Positions 41,027 to 51,566 of a stretch of DNA of 64,000 bases are shown here, piece after piece. Location: IMG/VR virus record IMGVR_UViG_3300028048_000040, positions 32,001-96,000 of that record, one strand, 5' to 3'. The DNA comes from a virus. Its lineage: Duplodnaviria; Caudoviricetes. A model generated the notes under the pieces. That model searched no databases and was not told the origin of the DNA. It was given only the letters and a program-made list of their open reading frames with translations. Position 1 is the first letter of the stretch, and every line of letters starts with the position of its first letter. Made by a program: the position numbers and the translations under genes.

Positions 41027-41027
41027 A

Positions 41028-41465
41028 TCACTTTACCCCTACCCCTTTATTGATTTCTTTATTATATATCAGATTCAAATCCAACTCAGGATAGAGATCT
41101 GAAGCATAAGCATCTAAATCATCAACAGTAAAGTTAGTCTGAACTTTCTTAGACTCTATACAATGTCTCATAAAACTATACACACTAACTTCTTCACCAA
41201 GATGGATATGTCCTGTCATAATATAGGAATGAATAATATCAATTCCCATGCATTCTCCTTCAAGATATCCAAATGCTCCATCTCTTCCTCTTATAGAGAT
41301 CCAACGACCTTCATGACATTCATCATCTCCAGGATTATCTACATCAGTCATAAGAATAAGATATGGTTTAGATTCAACCATATCAATATCTTCAAACTGA
41401 TTAGTATTCGGATTAATAAATTGAACAACAGATTTGAAAGCTTCGACTGGTTTGTGTAATGGCAT
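41028..41465 (-). CDS. Hypothetical protein
   Basis: AGGAGG SD; early motif at 41553-41560 with a 5' hairpin leader. Confidence 0.7.
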   Translation of the reverse strand: MPLHKPVEAFKSVVQFINPNTNQFEDIDMVESKPYLILMTDVDNPGDDECHEGRWISIRGRDGAFGYLEGECMGIDIIHSYIMTGHIHLGEEVSVYSFMRHCIESKKVQTNFTVDDLDAYASDLYPELDLNLIYNKEINKGVGVK

Positions 41466-41755
41466 AGTAATTCCTCCTAATAATAAAAAACATTTAATTT
41501 ACCATGAGTTTAATAGTGATGAGCATTAGCTCATCACTAATCACTCATATGTATAGTATATGTTTGAAATTTAGTTTACTTTTACAAACAACCGTACTAA
41601 TATATAATGAAGAATAGGGTTGCCTCCATTAATACGGTTTGCTCATCCGTGGATAGTTGTCCTTTCTGATAATTGATTGTTATATACAGATTTTCATGCT
41701 CGTTTTCCTATTCTTCTCCCATAGGTCATGGATGGCCTATGGGATACTTAATGTC

Positions 41756-43015
41756 TTATACAGATCTACCATTGATAGATACTACAGATTTAAGAATAGG
41801 AACTTGTATACCAAGAGAAGGAATAACATAGATGCACTTCTGTCTAAATCTAGTTATACCAGTATAGTTTAGTCGTTTATTAATATCATATCCACCACCA
41901 AAGTATTCTTGTAGATAGATACCATTAAAATACTGACTACCCTGAGATAGATGAGTAGTAATAGCATACCCAAATTCAAACTTCTCTCCATCTGGTCTAT
42001 ATAATGGATTACCAAACTCTTTCATACATTTCCTAGTTTTATTATCTGCTACGAAATAAGGATAGTCACAATCTATACTTTTAAATGTCACAGATGGAAA
42101 TAAGTCTGGTATAAAATCTAATTTGAATGTGCCTTTCTTAGTAAATGTAGATATACTAGGCATACTAGCAACTGTACCAGATAAACCATTAGTAAGATTT
42201 ACTCCGTCTAACTCTATCTCCCAGTTATTTTTTCTACATATTACTCTTTCTCCTAACTCAGGAAGAATACTATGCTTTCCTAATATATCCTTTCTGATAT
42301 GATAGTTATAATAATCTCTAGTCTTATTTAAACCACAGATTATAATTCTATACTTTGGAATGATATGATCTTCATACTGTTCAAACATATCTCTTGGTAA
42401 TACAATTACATCATTGAAATCTCCTGGAGGTATATCTTCTCCATGTAAAATTCTTTGAGAGAATTCTACTATAGCAGAATACTGTGCTTGTCTCATTATC
42501 TTAGTAAGAAAATGAACCTTATCTGGATTGGTTAGAAATAACTCTTTATCCTTTACTGGAGGAAGCTGATTTAGATCTCCGCATACCAATACTTTAATAC
42601 CAGTTCTAAATATATCCTGGCCCATATGAAAAGGGACCATAGATCCCTCATCAATACAGATCAATTTTACTATATCACTATTTAAACCAGCATAAATATA
42701 TCTAAGTCTTTTTCTAGATTCTCCAGTATAAGGATCAGTTATTGTTTCTTCTATTGGTTTATAGAGAGAAGAATGAATAGTTTTAGCATTTACAAAACCA
42801 TTAATCTTCATAACAGTCGTAGCAGAACCTGTATATGCCATAGCAGCATATTCCCATTCATCTAATCCTAATGCATCTATTATAGCATGCATAACCAAAG
42901 ACTTACCAGCACCAGCAGGACCACTATATTCAAATACTTGATCACTACTATTATAGAACCATGAGACAGCATCTTTAATGATATTCTGTTGTTCATCAGT
43001 AAGTTCTATATTCAT
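41756..43015 (-). CDS. SF1B RecD/Dda-like DNA helicase
   Basis: GPAGAGKS, DEGSMV, GDLNQLPPV, IMRQ, YAITTHLSQGS, YTGITR. Confidence 0.92.
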   Translation of the reverse strand: MNIELTDEQQNIIKDAVSWFYNSSDQVFEYSGPAGAGKSLVMHAIIDALGLDEWEYAAMAYTGSATTVMKINGFVNAKTIHSSLYKPIEETITDPYTGESRKRLRYIYAGLNSDIVKLICIDEGSMVPFHMGQDIFRTGIKVLVCGDLNQLPPVKDKELFLTNPDKVHFLTKIMRQAQYSAIVEFSQRILHGEDIPPGDFNDVIVLPRDMFEQYEDHIIPKYRIIICGLNKTRDYYNYHIRKDILGKHSILPELGERVICRKNNWEIELDGVNLTNGLSGTVASMPSISTFTKKGTFKLDFIPDLFPSVTFKSIDCDYPYFVADNKTRKCMKEFGNPLYRPDGEKFEFGYAITTHLSQGSQYFNGIYLQEYFGGGYDINKRLNYTGITRFRQKCIYVIPSLGIQVPILKSVVSINGRSV

Positions 43016-43566
43016 TTATTTGCCTCAAACCATTCTTTCTCAAATACATCATACTGATTCAACACATCATCTATCATTTTATCAGTCATAGATTCTAATC
43101 TCATAAAAGCTTCAAGATACTTAGTTGAATCCTTATAATGATTCTTAGTAACTATTCTAGCTCCATTACCATAAAGAATAGCTACATATCCATATGTATC
43201 TGTTCTAGGAATCTCTGTAGTAGAAGCAGCAAAGATTTGTGTAGCTACTATCTCTGGATGTACCTCTTCTACATATTTCTTAAACAGTTCTTCCATAATG
43301 ATTGGATTATTATATGGGTCAAATACCAGATCATTAGAATGAACTATACCCATATTAGTATATCTTAATACCTTTCCTTTAATCATTATATAATCAGGTT
43401 CTAATGGATTCTCTTCTGCATCTACTATATATCCTTCAGAATCATATTCTAATCCAGTAACTCTAAGAACATCATTTATGAAATGATCTGATAATTCAGG
43501 ATTAGTACATAACTTAGATTTAATATTGGTAAGGGATTGGATTTTGGGTTTCTTTTGTCTTGGCAT
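43012..43566 (-). CDS. Hypothetical protein
   Basis: AGGAGG SD; 4-nt overlap with the helicase; early-like motif at 43595-43602. Confidence 0.7.
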   Translation of the reverse strand: MPRQKKPKIQSLTNIKSKLCTNPELSDHFINDVLRVTGLEYDSEGYIVDAEENPLEPDYIMIKGKVLRYTNMGIVHSNDLVFDPYNNPIIMEELFKKYVEEVHPEIVATQIFAASTTEIPRTDTYGYVAILYGNGARIVTKNHYKDSTKYLEAFMRLESMTDKMIDDVLNQYDVFEKEWFEANK

Positions 43567-43654
43567 TGTGGAATTCCTCCTAATACTTTTAAATATAATA
43601 TATCTCTACATTTCTTATTCCTAAGACAAAGGGATAATGAAAGGGGAGATATGA

Positions 43655-43999
43655 ATGGCTAATATTGAAAATACTACCACTACAGAGATAGCTATTCTTA
43701 TGGATGATCATGTAGATAAATACCATCCAGGAATTCAAGCTTTTAAATTACAATCTGTAAATGGTTTACAAAATAATACTAGAGAACAGCAAACATTCTC
43801 TATCAATATACCTAATCTTATGAATAAAGATCCTATAAACATTGGTAAGATAAATACCTCTTCCATAATTAAAATTAAACTTCCTAGAGAAGTTACTAGA
43901 GATTATCCTAAGAAATATATTCCAGTAGGTACTAGATTCATAGTAACATTCAACTCTGGAGATATAACCAAACCAGTTATAGTAGGGAGAGAAGAATAA
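43655..43999 (+). CDS. Hypothetical late protein
   Basis: GACA-N6-TA at 43625-43636; GGGGAG SD; coupled to the next gene. Confidence 0.7.
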   Translation: MANIENTTTTEIAILMDDHVDKYHPGIQAFKLQSVNGLQNNTREQQTFSINIPNLMNKDPINIGKINTSSIIKIKLPREVTRDYPKKYIPVGTRFIVTFNSGDITKPVIVGREE

Positions 44000-44481
44000 T
44001 GACAGTATTTCGTGCAGATGTTAGACTGCCTTCAGATACACATACAATATCAGAATTTATAAAAGTTGGTAATCAAAATAAAGCTAAGATTGGATATCCA
44101 GATTTATCTTATATAGAGAAAAGAGATGGGATGGAATATGTGGTAAAGAATACTATTAATGATTATCTTTGGGAGTTTAAGAGATATGCTAAAACTATTG
44201 TTTTAACTAGTGATGAAGTATTAACATACAGATTTAATCCAAAGAAACTAGCATTTGATATATATGGTTCTACAAGATTATACTATATAATCCTTCTTAT
44301 GAATGATATGTGTGATGTACATCAATTCAATCTAAAGAACAAAACTCTTTTACTATTAACTCCAACTCAGTTATCTGATTATCTATCTAGTGTATATAAA
44401 TCTGATATGAACTCTATTGCTAAATTTAATAAAGCTCATGAGAATGATGTAGTTTATAAACCAATACTTCCATTTAAATAA
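43999..44481 (+). CDS. Baseplate wedge-type (T4 gp53/LysM-like) protein
   Basis: YRFNPKKLAFDIYGSTRLYYIILLMN signature. Confidence 0.7.
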   Translation: MTVFRADVRLPSDTHTISEFIKVGNQNKAKIGYPDLSYIEKRDGMEYVVKNTINDYLWEFKRYAKTIVLTSDEVLTYRFNPKKLAFDIYGSTRLYYIILLMNDMCDVHQFNLKNKTLLLLTPTQLSDYLSSVYKSDMNSIAKFNKAHENDVVYKPILPFK

Positions 44482-44513
44482 TATAGTAGTATGGGGAAAC
44501 CCATACTACTATA

Positions 44514-46388
44514 TTATTCGTTATTGTATCCTTGCATCATATGATGTATCACTGCATCTATATACTCATTATATTCTTCATCAGATATATTCTTATATTT
44601 CTGAGGAACATGTTCACATACTACTATACCTTCTGGTTCTTTCTTATCATCTTCTACTATCTGACTAAACTTAATATCAATCTCCTCTTGTTGTGGTGTA
44701 GGTTGAATAGGAATATTTCCTAATCCTGGTTGCTCTACTGGCATTGCTGTATTCTGACTAAGAGCATTCATAGTAGGAACAGTTTGCATTTGAGCAAAAT
44801 TAGAGAACTGATCAATTATATCATCTTCAGATATATCTAGAGAAGTCTTATACACTGGAGATGCTAATCCATAATCTTCCATAAATGCTATCTGAGATGA
44901 GTCATAATATGGTACATAGATACTAGTATCTGTCTTCTTCTCATCTATTGGATATCTATGTTTTACTAACTTCATACCCATAAACTTATGACGTAATCCT
45001 CTAGCATCTACCCATAATTCTGGAATGATGATAATGCTACCATCTAGATTTCTATCTATATTGATAGAATCGCCGAAATCTGCTCTAGTAACATTTTTGA
45101 TTAGATTATGTTTAAGCTTAGATCTAGACTCATCTGTTACTTTTACTGCACCTCTATTCAACTGAGATGCTGTAATAACTGGAATATTCTCTAAAGTACC
45201 AAATGTCTTAAAGTCATTTACTACAGTACCTAAATCTTGATACTGGTCTTTAGTCCATACAGATGGTCTAATACGCATAAGATAATCTTGAATCAAACAA
45301 ATAGGTTCAAATCCTTCATCTTTCAATTCATCACTAAGTTGATATAGATAATCAGTATTTACAGACATAACAGGTTTGAACTTAATTACTATCTCTATAG
45401 GATTATCTTTACCATATTCAAACTGACATCTTGCAAATTCTGCTAATGCCTCATCTGCATTGGCACATTCTTTCAGTTCTTTACCTCTAGTGATTATATG
45501 ATATATAGCACAGATATATTCTATAACAAAGTTTTCCATGGTCAATAAAACTATACAAGGTTTCTTTGTTGGATCCATAGTCTTATAATCTGCGTTATAT
45601 TTCCATATCTGATACAATAGATTTTCTAGAGTGACTGTCTTACCTTCACCTGGTAATCCAAAGAAACAATATACTCTACCTTTTTCAAAACCTCCTCCTA
45701 ACATATTATTCAAACCAACCATACCAGTTTTTAGTTTATAAGATGGAGCTGTAATGAACTTATGCACATCATACAGACTATCCTTAATACTAGATAATCT
45801 GAATAAAGTAGATGCATCATCTGTATCAAACTTATTCTTTCTCATATCATTATTGAAAGATCCTACAAGATTCATTATAGGATTAAACATTTGATTCTTT
45901 ACTCTGAAATCAGAATTTGTATAGTTCTCAAATGTATCTCTCATCTTAATGGCATAGTTGTCCATAGTCATATTATTACATATCTGCTGTATGGTCTGTT
46001 CTATAGAAGATACTGTTTCATCAGATAAGTCTGTTAAGAATGGTTCTATTGGTTTGATATCTATTAAATTATCTATCATAGATAGCATAGTTAATCTACT
46101 AGCTCCATTGTTCTTAACTCTTATACCTAAAGCTACTTTAAGAAATGTAAACTTTAGAAGCATTGTTTGAGTCTTGAAATTAGTTTCATCTAGACAGTCT
46201 ATAACTTCTTTGAGTTTCTTAATTGCTGCTCTATGTATATTAGTATTCTCCGCAATAACATAACTACATAGATTCTCCATAATAGGTTCGGATAATCCAT
46301 AAAGTCTTGCCTCTACAGATTGCATTGGTTTAGATAGATCATTTCCTTTAAATTTCTTTCTTCTTTCTTCTTGTGTGCTTTTAGCCAT
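44514..46388 (-). CDS. dnaB: DnaB-like replicative helicase (624 aa)
   Basis: TG..GLN.MLGGGF, GLPGEGKT, TMEN, DYL, TASQLNR; ATG at 46388 after AAGGGAG; GACA-N6-TA at 46418-46429. Confidence 0.88.
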   Translation of the reverse strand: MAKSTQEERRKKFKGNDLSKPMQSVEARLYGLSEPIMENLCSYVIAENTNIHRAAIKKLKEVIDCLDETNFKTQTMLLKFTFLKVALGIRVKNNGASRLTMLSMIDNLIDIKPIEPFLTDLSDETVSSIEQTIQQICNNMTMDNYAIKMRDTFENYTNSDFRVKNQMFNPIMNLVGSFNNDMRKNKFDTDDASTLFRLSSIKDSLYDVHKFITAPSYKLKTGMVGLNNMLGGGFEKGRVYCFFGLPGEGKTVTLENLLYQIWKYNADYKTMDPTKKPCIVLLTMENFVIEYICAIYHIITRGKELKECANADEALAEFARCQFEYGKDNPIEIVIKFKPVMSVNTDYLYQLSDELKDEGFEPICLIQDYLMRIRPSVWTKDQYQDLGTVVNDFKTFGTLENIPVITASQLNRGAVKVTDESRSKLKHNLIKNVTRADFGDSINIDRNLDGSIIIIPELWVDARGLRHKFMGMKLVKHRYPIDEKKTDTSIYVPYYDSSQIAFMEDYGLASPVYKTSLDISEDDIIDQFSNFAQMQTVPTMNALSQNTAMPVEQPGLGNIPIQPTPQQEEIDIKFSQIVEDDKKEPEGIVVCEHVPQKYKNISDEEYNEYIDAVIHHMMQGYNNE

Positions 46389-46446
46389 AATAATATCTCC
46401 CTTACTTGATTCTCTCGTACTAATCTGTCGAGGATATTTTTGATGT

Positions 46447-47592
46447 TTACAATGCACTGATTTCCTTGATGAATGATTTTAGTAAATCTGTAGTCCAATA
46501 TGATATTCCTTCTTTACTATTTATAAACTGCACTAACTTATCTTCTGGTGTAGAGTTATCAAATAGATAAGAATACTTATCATAATTCATATTCATTTCT
46601 TCTAGTTGCTTTTGTATTCTATGTTTCTCAAAGTTTGTTTCTATCTTGATATCCTTTCTATTAGCAAATACTGTCTTCAATATAGCTATCTTATCTAGAT
46701 CTTCTACAGTAAATCTTACTCGTATATTATCAACTCCTTGAGCTTTAAGATTATTTATATAATCAACCATATATCTAGGATCTGCTTTAAGCATATCATC
46801 TAGATTAATAGTCTTATACACAAATGATTCTATCTCCTCCATATGAACCATATATTGTCTAGTAGCTAGATTGTGTAGCAATACTAAATATCCTTTAGGT
46901 TCTTCTTCACCATGTCTCCAACGTAAAGGAGATCCACAATAATAGAAGTCTTTCTTATAGATATTATGTATATGCACATGACCAGATATGATAGGTCCTC
47001 TACATAAAGCAAAATCATTCATACAGAATACTGGTTCTCTTGGAGAATCTAAATCAGGTTTATTCTTCCCTACTATGGATCCTACAAATGTACCATGCAT
47101 ATAACAAGCATCATACATTCCATTCTCAAATAAGAATCTAGCATAATATTCATATCCCTTACCATATTCTTCTGTAATACAAAGAATCTTTTTCCCCTTA
47201 ACAAAAAGAAATTGAGTATTCAAAACTAACCTTAGATCAACTCCTGACCCCACGAATGGAGTAAAGAGTTTTAATTGATCAGAATCATGAGAACTAGTAC
47301 CGTTTAAGATAATCAATGTAGCATTCTTCTGAATACATATATCTACTAAGTCTTTTACAAACATCATAGCATACATTACAGCATCAGAATTAGCCATTAA
47401 CTTTCTATCAAATATATCTCCATCTATAGATACTATATCCAATACATTCATTTCTCTCAAATGAGACAAAAATTGATCAGAGAGTATTTGATATTCTTTA
47501 AGAGGATCTACTACACCAAAGTGTAGATCCGCTATATGTGCTTCCATAAATACTTCTTGTGGTCTAATAAATTCAACTACGTTCTTTAACAT
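46447..47592 (-). CDS. SbcD/Mre11-like metallophosphoesterase nuclease
   Basis: ADLHFG, GDIFD, GTSSHD, MHG, GHVH, YCGS. Confidence 0.88.
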   Translation of the reverse strand: MLKNVVEFIRPQEVFMEAHIADLHFGVVDPLKEYQILSDQFLSHLREMNVLDIVSIDGDIFDRKLMANSDAVMYAMMFVKDLVDICIQKNATLIILNGTSSHDSDQLKLFTPFVGSGVDLRLVLNTQFLFVKGKKILCITEEYGKGYEYYARFLFENGMYDACYMHGTFVGSIVGKNKPDLDSPREPVFCMNDFALCRGPIISGHVHIHNIYKKDFYYCGSPLRWRHGEEEPKGYLVLLHNLATRQYMVHMEEIESFVYKTINLDDMLKADPRYMVDYINNLKAQGVDNIRVRFTVEDLDKIAILKTVFANRKDIKIETNFEKHRIQKQLEEMNMNYDKYSYLFDNSTPEDKLVQFINSKEGISYWTTDLLKSFIKEISAL

Positions 47593-47650
47593 ATTGACTC
47601 CTCCTTATCTATCATTATAATAGTATATGTCTAAAAATCATATTAAAGAA

Positions 47651-47683
47651 AAAAATACAAGGATGTGGAGTCCTTGTATTTTT
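47651..47683 (-). terminator. Intrinsic terminator (loop CTCCACA)
   Basis: AAAAATACAAGGA/TCCTTGTATTTTT with U-tract; near-twin at 57151-57181. Confidence 0.8.
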
Positions 47684-47691
47684 TGAATGCT

Positions 47692-48138
47692 TTATTTACA
47701 TTCATCATTGTCCGGATCATCCCACTGTACCACGATATACGGAAGTGGATGAGTGGGATTTGCCTTAAACATTGAAACTTTGAAACCAGCAGATGCTTTT
47801 AATTCGTGGACAGCATCTCCAAGTACATCTTTTGTGCACGTGATATCAGGATTGATTTCATTTTCTTTTTCTTTAGAAGATGCAGCAACTTGAGCCATTG
47901 CCTTCATAATGTCATCAGCTGTTGCTTTTTCGTCAGATGCTTCTATTTGCTTGTATAAAATAGTAGCATTGAACTGAGCTTTGTTCATAGCATCTTCGAT
48001 CTTAGAAACAATGACATTGATAACGTCTTGCACATTTTTGTCATGTTTCTCTTGTTTTCTTTTAACAATTTCTGCGTAAACTTTTGCAGAAACCTCAGAT
48101 GCTTTTGCGGCGTTGATAGAAATGTTGAACTTTGCCAT
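47692..48138 (-). CDS. Hypothetical early protein (monocistronic cassette)
   Basis: Has its own promoter, structured leader and terminator. Confidence 0.75.
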   Translation of the reverse strand: MAKFNISINAAKASEVSAKVYAEIVKRKQEKHDKNVQDVINVIVSKIEDAMNKAQFNATILYKQIEASDEKATADDIMKAMAQVAASSKEKENEINPDITCTKDVLGDAVHELKASAGFKVSMFKANPTHPLPYIVVQWDDPDNDECK

Positions 48139-48224
48139 GATAAAAGACTCCTTTCTATATTTACACGTCTACACCTAATCTCCGATGTAGATCTTGTCTT
48201 TATCACGGCTATAATATACATTTG
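48136..48224 (-). promoter_or_regulatory. Early promoter plus AUG-sequestering leader RNA (copy 1)
   Basis: TATATTAT at 48211-48218; GTGATAAAGAC pairs with GTCTTTTATCAT; inner 8-bp hairpin. Confidence 0.65.
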
Positions 48225-48289
48225 AAATATACTAGTTTTACAAAAAAGATAGTAAGGGAGAAATCCCTTACTATCCTATTCAATTTACA

Positions 48290-48994
48290 TTAATCTTCTT
48301 TTTCTAACTTTGTGATATTATAATACATTGTTTTTAAAGAAACTGTATGGAGGTCAACAAACTTAGGAGGAGTATCGTCATAAAGATCATATGGGTCATC
48401 ACGCCTAATATAGCGCATATCAGCTTTGAGTTTATCTGTAAGACTTTTCTTGATTTCCATCATCTTATCATATGCTTCAGAGCATTTAATGTTGATAAAA
48501 TCTTCAGGAATAGAAGAGAAAATCCTGGATAGTGTAATTGAAACATCACAATCTTCAAAGCAACCAATTACACCATTCTCATCAATAGGTGTGCTCATTT
48601 TGACCCATATAGAATCAGTATAAGATGTTTCAATAGTCAAATCCTTTTTGCCTAATAATGTAGCTGCAACTAATGATATTCGTGATTTGGAACTTTTGTG
48701 ATAGTTATCAGATGCACTGCCAAGTATTACATTAAATATACTCGATACAAAATCTTCTACAGCAACATATGCAAAGAATGGAAATTTAACAGTCATATTG
48801 TCTTCCCTGAGTTTACCAGTTTTAATGTCAAGGTTATATGCAGAGTTTACTATAAAATTAGTCTCGAAGACATCTGGATCATGTGCATATGATCCTGTAT
48901 AGACTGAAATGAAATCAGGATCGTTTTTGTCATCCTCTTCTGGTATATCCAGTCCACTGGGAATCCAACTTTTGATGATTTCTTCTTTCGTCAT
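48290..48994 (-). CDS. Hypothetical protein
   Basis: AAGGAG SD; last gene of the telA operon. Confidence 0.7.
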   Translation of the reverse strand: MTKEEIIKSWIPSGLDIPEEDDKNDPDFISVYTGSYAHDPDVFETNFIVNSAYNLDIKTGKLREDNMTVKFPFFAYVAVEDFVSSIFNVILGSASDNYHKSSKSRISLVAATLLGKKDLTIETSYTDSIWVKMSTPIDENGVIGCFEDCDVSITLSRIFSSIPEDFINIKCSEAYDKMMEIKKSLTDKLKADMRYIRRDDPYDLYDDTPPKFVDLHTVSLKTMYYNITKLEKED

Positions 48995-49006
48995 GATATT
49001 TCTCCT

Positions 49007-50173
49007 TTACATAGTTCCTCTGCCTTGAGCTGTAGTGGAATACAGTGTGTCCTTGAGTCTAGACTCAATCTGAACAAGTTCTTGTTCAACTTGCTGTCTC
49101 TTAGCTCTACCTTCCTGCTGGATACGAAGAGTTTCTTCTATAGTAGTAATAAGAGATTCATTTGCTTCTTTAAGACTCTCTATATCTACTATACCTCTTT
49201 CAGACTCTCTAGCAGTTTCAATGCTATTAGTCTTCAGCATCTCAGCATTCTTCTTTATCAACTGATTGGTCATATCAGTAACAGACCGATTCAGTTTTAA
49301 TACTTGAGCCTGTCTATTCAGACCAAGAGATACACATACACTCATCTTCCAAAGAGGAAGTGTATTATTGATAGTGGTCTGTACTCTATCAATCAGCATT
49401 TTATCATTATTCTGAATAAGTCTAATCTGAGGAGCAGTCTGAATAGAAATGGTTTTAGATATCTTCAAATCATGAAGTTTCTTTTCAAATCTATCTACCA
49501 TCTGTTCAAAATCTGCTACAGCCTGATTAGCCATCATATCGCCAGACTCAAGAGCTTGCTGTTTAAGAGATGGCAATGCAACTTCTCTCAATTCTACAAG
49601 CTTCTCTTCACCAGCCTGTATATACAGTTGAAGGTTCTTAAAGTATTCATAATTCTTCTTGTACAGGGTATCATAAATCTTTATATCCTTCATCATCATA
49701 TGCTGAGCCTTATCTAATTCAGATTCGATTCTAGTAACCTGAGTAGATAAAGAATCATATCCTCTAATCATCTTCTTAGAATTATCTACCAATTTACCTA
49801 AGAATGGAATCTTAGAAAGGAAAGTATTATTAGACTTATCAAAGTCTTGTACTTTTCCTACTAAGTCATTCAGCAACTCACCAACATGACCAGAATCTTT
49901 GGTCTTTACATTTTGAAGTATAGAGTCTGAGAAAGTAGTAATGTTTCTCTGTGCTACATTACCAAACGAAATTACTGAATTAGTATCAGTGATATTAATA
50001 GAGTCTTTGATTCTATCAATCTCTTTTCTATCCTCAGGAGAAATCTCTGCTAACTCAAAATCGTTTTTCACAGGCATAGTTTCCTGCACATTCTGAATAG
50101 CTGTTTCAGAATTAGGAACTGCTTTATTAGCAGCTCCAGACATAATATCCTCTAATTTGTACTCTGTTGCCAT
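49007..50173 (-). CDS. telA: TelA/KlaA toxic-anion resistance family protein
   Basis: FG..AQ.....FS..IL..V...D.G.VG..L..L; Q.APQIRLIQ.N....I...I...LPLWK; R..VD.E.L. Confidence 0.9.
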   Translation of the reverse strand: MATEYKLEDIMSGAANKAVPNSETAIQNVQETMPVKNDFELAEISPEDRKEIDRIKDSINITDTNSVISFGNVAQRNITTFSDSILQNVKTKDSGHVGELLNDLVGKVQDFDKSNNTFLSKIPFLGKLVDNSKKMIRGYDSLSTQVTRIESELDKAQHMMMKDIKIYDTLYKKNYEYFKNLQLYIQAGEEKLVELREVALPSLKQQALESGDMMANQAVADFEQMVDRFEKKLHDLKISKTISIQTAPQIRLIQNNDKMLIDRVQTTINNTLPLWKMSVCVSLGLNRQAQVLKLNRSVTDMTNQLIKKNAEMLKTNSIETARESERGIVDIESLKEANESLITTIEETLRIQQEGRAKRQQVEQELVQIESRLKDTLYSTTAQGRGTM

Positions 50174-50200
50174 AATACATGCATCTCCTTATTATATTTA

Positions 50201-51415
50201 TTATTCTATAAAAGTAGAAATACCAGAATAATCAACCTTCTTACCAGATGATATTCTTCTTTTTCTTTTATTGGAATCATACCAAGAGATAATTTTAGCC
50301 CAATCTGCAGAATCAAAGAAAAGATCTAATCCTTCATTGGCTAAGAATTCTTTATCTCCTTTTATCAATACTTTAAATCCTTCTCCAAGAGATATTAAGT
50401 ATGGGATAAAAGTCCAGAATAGAATCATTCGTATTAAGAATGTCTCACTCTGTACCATATGTTTATGGAAAGAGAATATTCCTGTAGGAAGCATAGCAAG
50501 AGCAACATATTTCATCCTAGTCTCATGTATTTTTTCTACATCTTTATTCTTAGCTATATGATCATACCAAAATTTAGCATAATCTGATTCTATTTTACGA
50601 ATCTCAGTTATAGAAAATCTACCATCAATAGCTCTTGATAAGGCCAAACCATACTCAATCAATTCTTCTTCCACCTCTGGGTCTACATACATCCCATACA
50701 TAGGATGCATAGGATCTTTACATACTTCTTGTGTATTACTACTATAATCACTAGATTCTTTTTTCTTAGTGGTTGTTTCTTCCATTTCACTAAGATCTAT
50801 ACTATCAAGTCTATCTTCAATATCATCATAGACTTCTTGAACTTTTTCCCTCCTAGCATTTGCTTTAGTAGTATCAGTTTCATGTAGATTAGATACCTCA
50901 ACGCCTTGCTGTTTCATATCTTCTACTAATACAGCTAATTCTGCATTGATATCAATATGATCAGTATCTGTAATCTTTTTATATTCATTATTGAATATCT
51001 CTACAAAGCTTATCAGTACATTCCGTATATTGGATTTTGTATTGATAAAATCTTCATCTACTACTACTGATGCTGCTTCATCCATAGAAGAATATTTTCG
51101 ACAAAGCATAACTGCTTTGTCTTGATAGTGTTCAATAAACTTTCTAGCAGTAAAAATCTTTTCTTGATTCTTATTAATATGATTGATGATAGTAAAAGAA
51201 ATCTCTGCTAGCTTAAATATAGCTGTAGCTAGTTCTTTATCTTCTTTAGTTCTATCTATATTAGAACTAGCCAACCTAAGGGTATTCTGGTCTTTAACAG
51301 CTTTTTGTAATAATTCTTTCTTGAATACTTCAGAATCATTCTCATCCATTTTGCTTCCTCCTTTGTTAAAATTGACTTCTTTTCCATTAATAAATACTCT
51401 ACATGAAAGCATCAC
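50201..51415 (-). CDS. XpaC-like protein fused to a C-terminal TM2-like membrane domain (alternative start 51349)
   Basis: ARKF..HY.D....L..KY...DINAEL.VL (XpaC-like, upstream of telA); G.FSFHK...ILFWTFIP.LISL.EG (TM2-like). Confidence 0.7.
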   Translation of the reverse strand: MMLSCRVFINGKEVNFNKGGSKMDENDSEVFKKELLQKAVKDQNTLRLASSNIDRTKEDKELATAIFKLAEISFTIINHINKNQEKIFTARKFIEHYQDKAVMLCRKYSSMDEAASVVVDEDFINTKSNIRNVLISFVEIFNNEYKKITDTDHIDINAELAVLVEDMKQQGVEVSNLHETDTTKANARREKVQEVYDDIEDRLDSIDLSEMEETTTKKKESSDYSSNTQEVCKDPMHPMYGMYVDPEVEEELIEYGLALSRAIDGRFSITEIRKIESDYAKFWYDHIAKNKDVEKIHETRMKYVALAMLPTGIFSFHKHMVQSETFLIRMILFWTFIPYLISLGEGFKVLIKGDKEFLANEGLDLFFDSADWAKIISWYDSNKRKRRISSGKKVDYSGISTFIE

Positions 51416-51566
51416 CCAATTCGTCCTTTCTTAAAATTCAGAAAGAGAGTGAGAGAGGAAATACTCCTCTCTCATAAACAAACCATGGAGATGCACACAA
51501 TTATATATAAGTATACACACTATTTGCTTTTAACTCTCTATCCATAATAATAGTATATACTTATTT

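Noticed and set aside
41657-41872. Short plus-strand ORFs here and at 57676-57930 and 642-845, and the other nested or antisense ORFs in the track
   Set aside because: They overlap well-supported genes or structured regions and lack SD sites.
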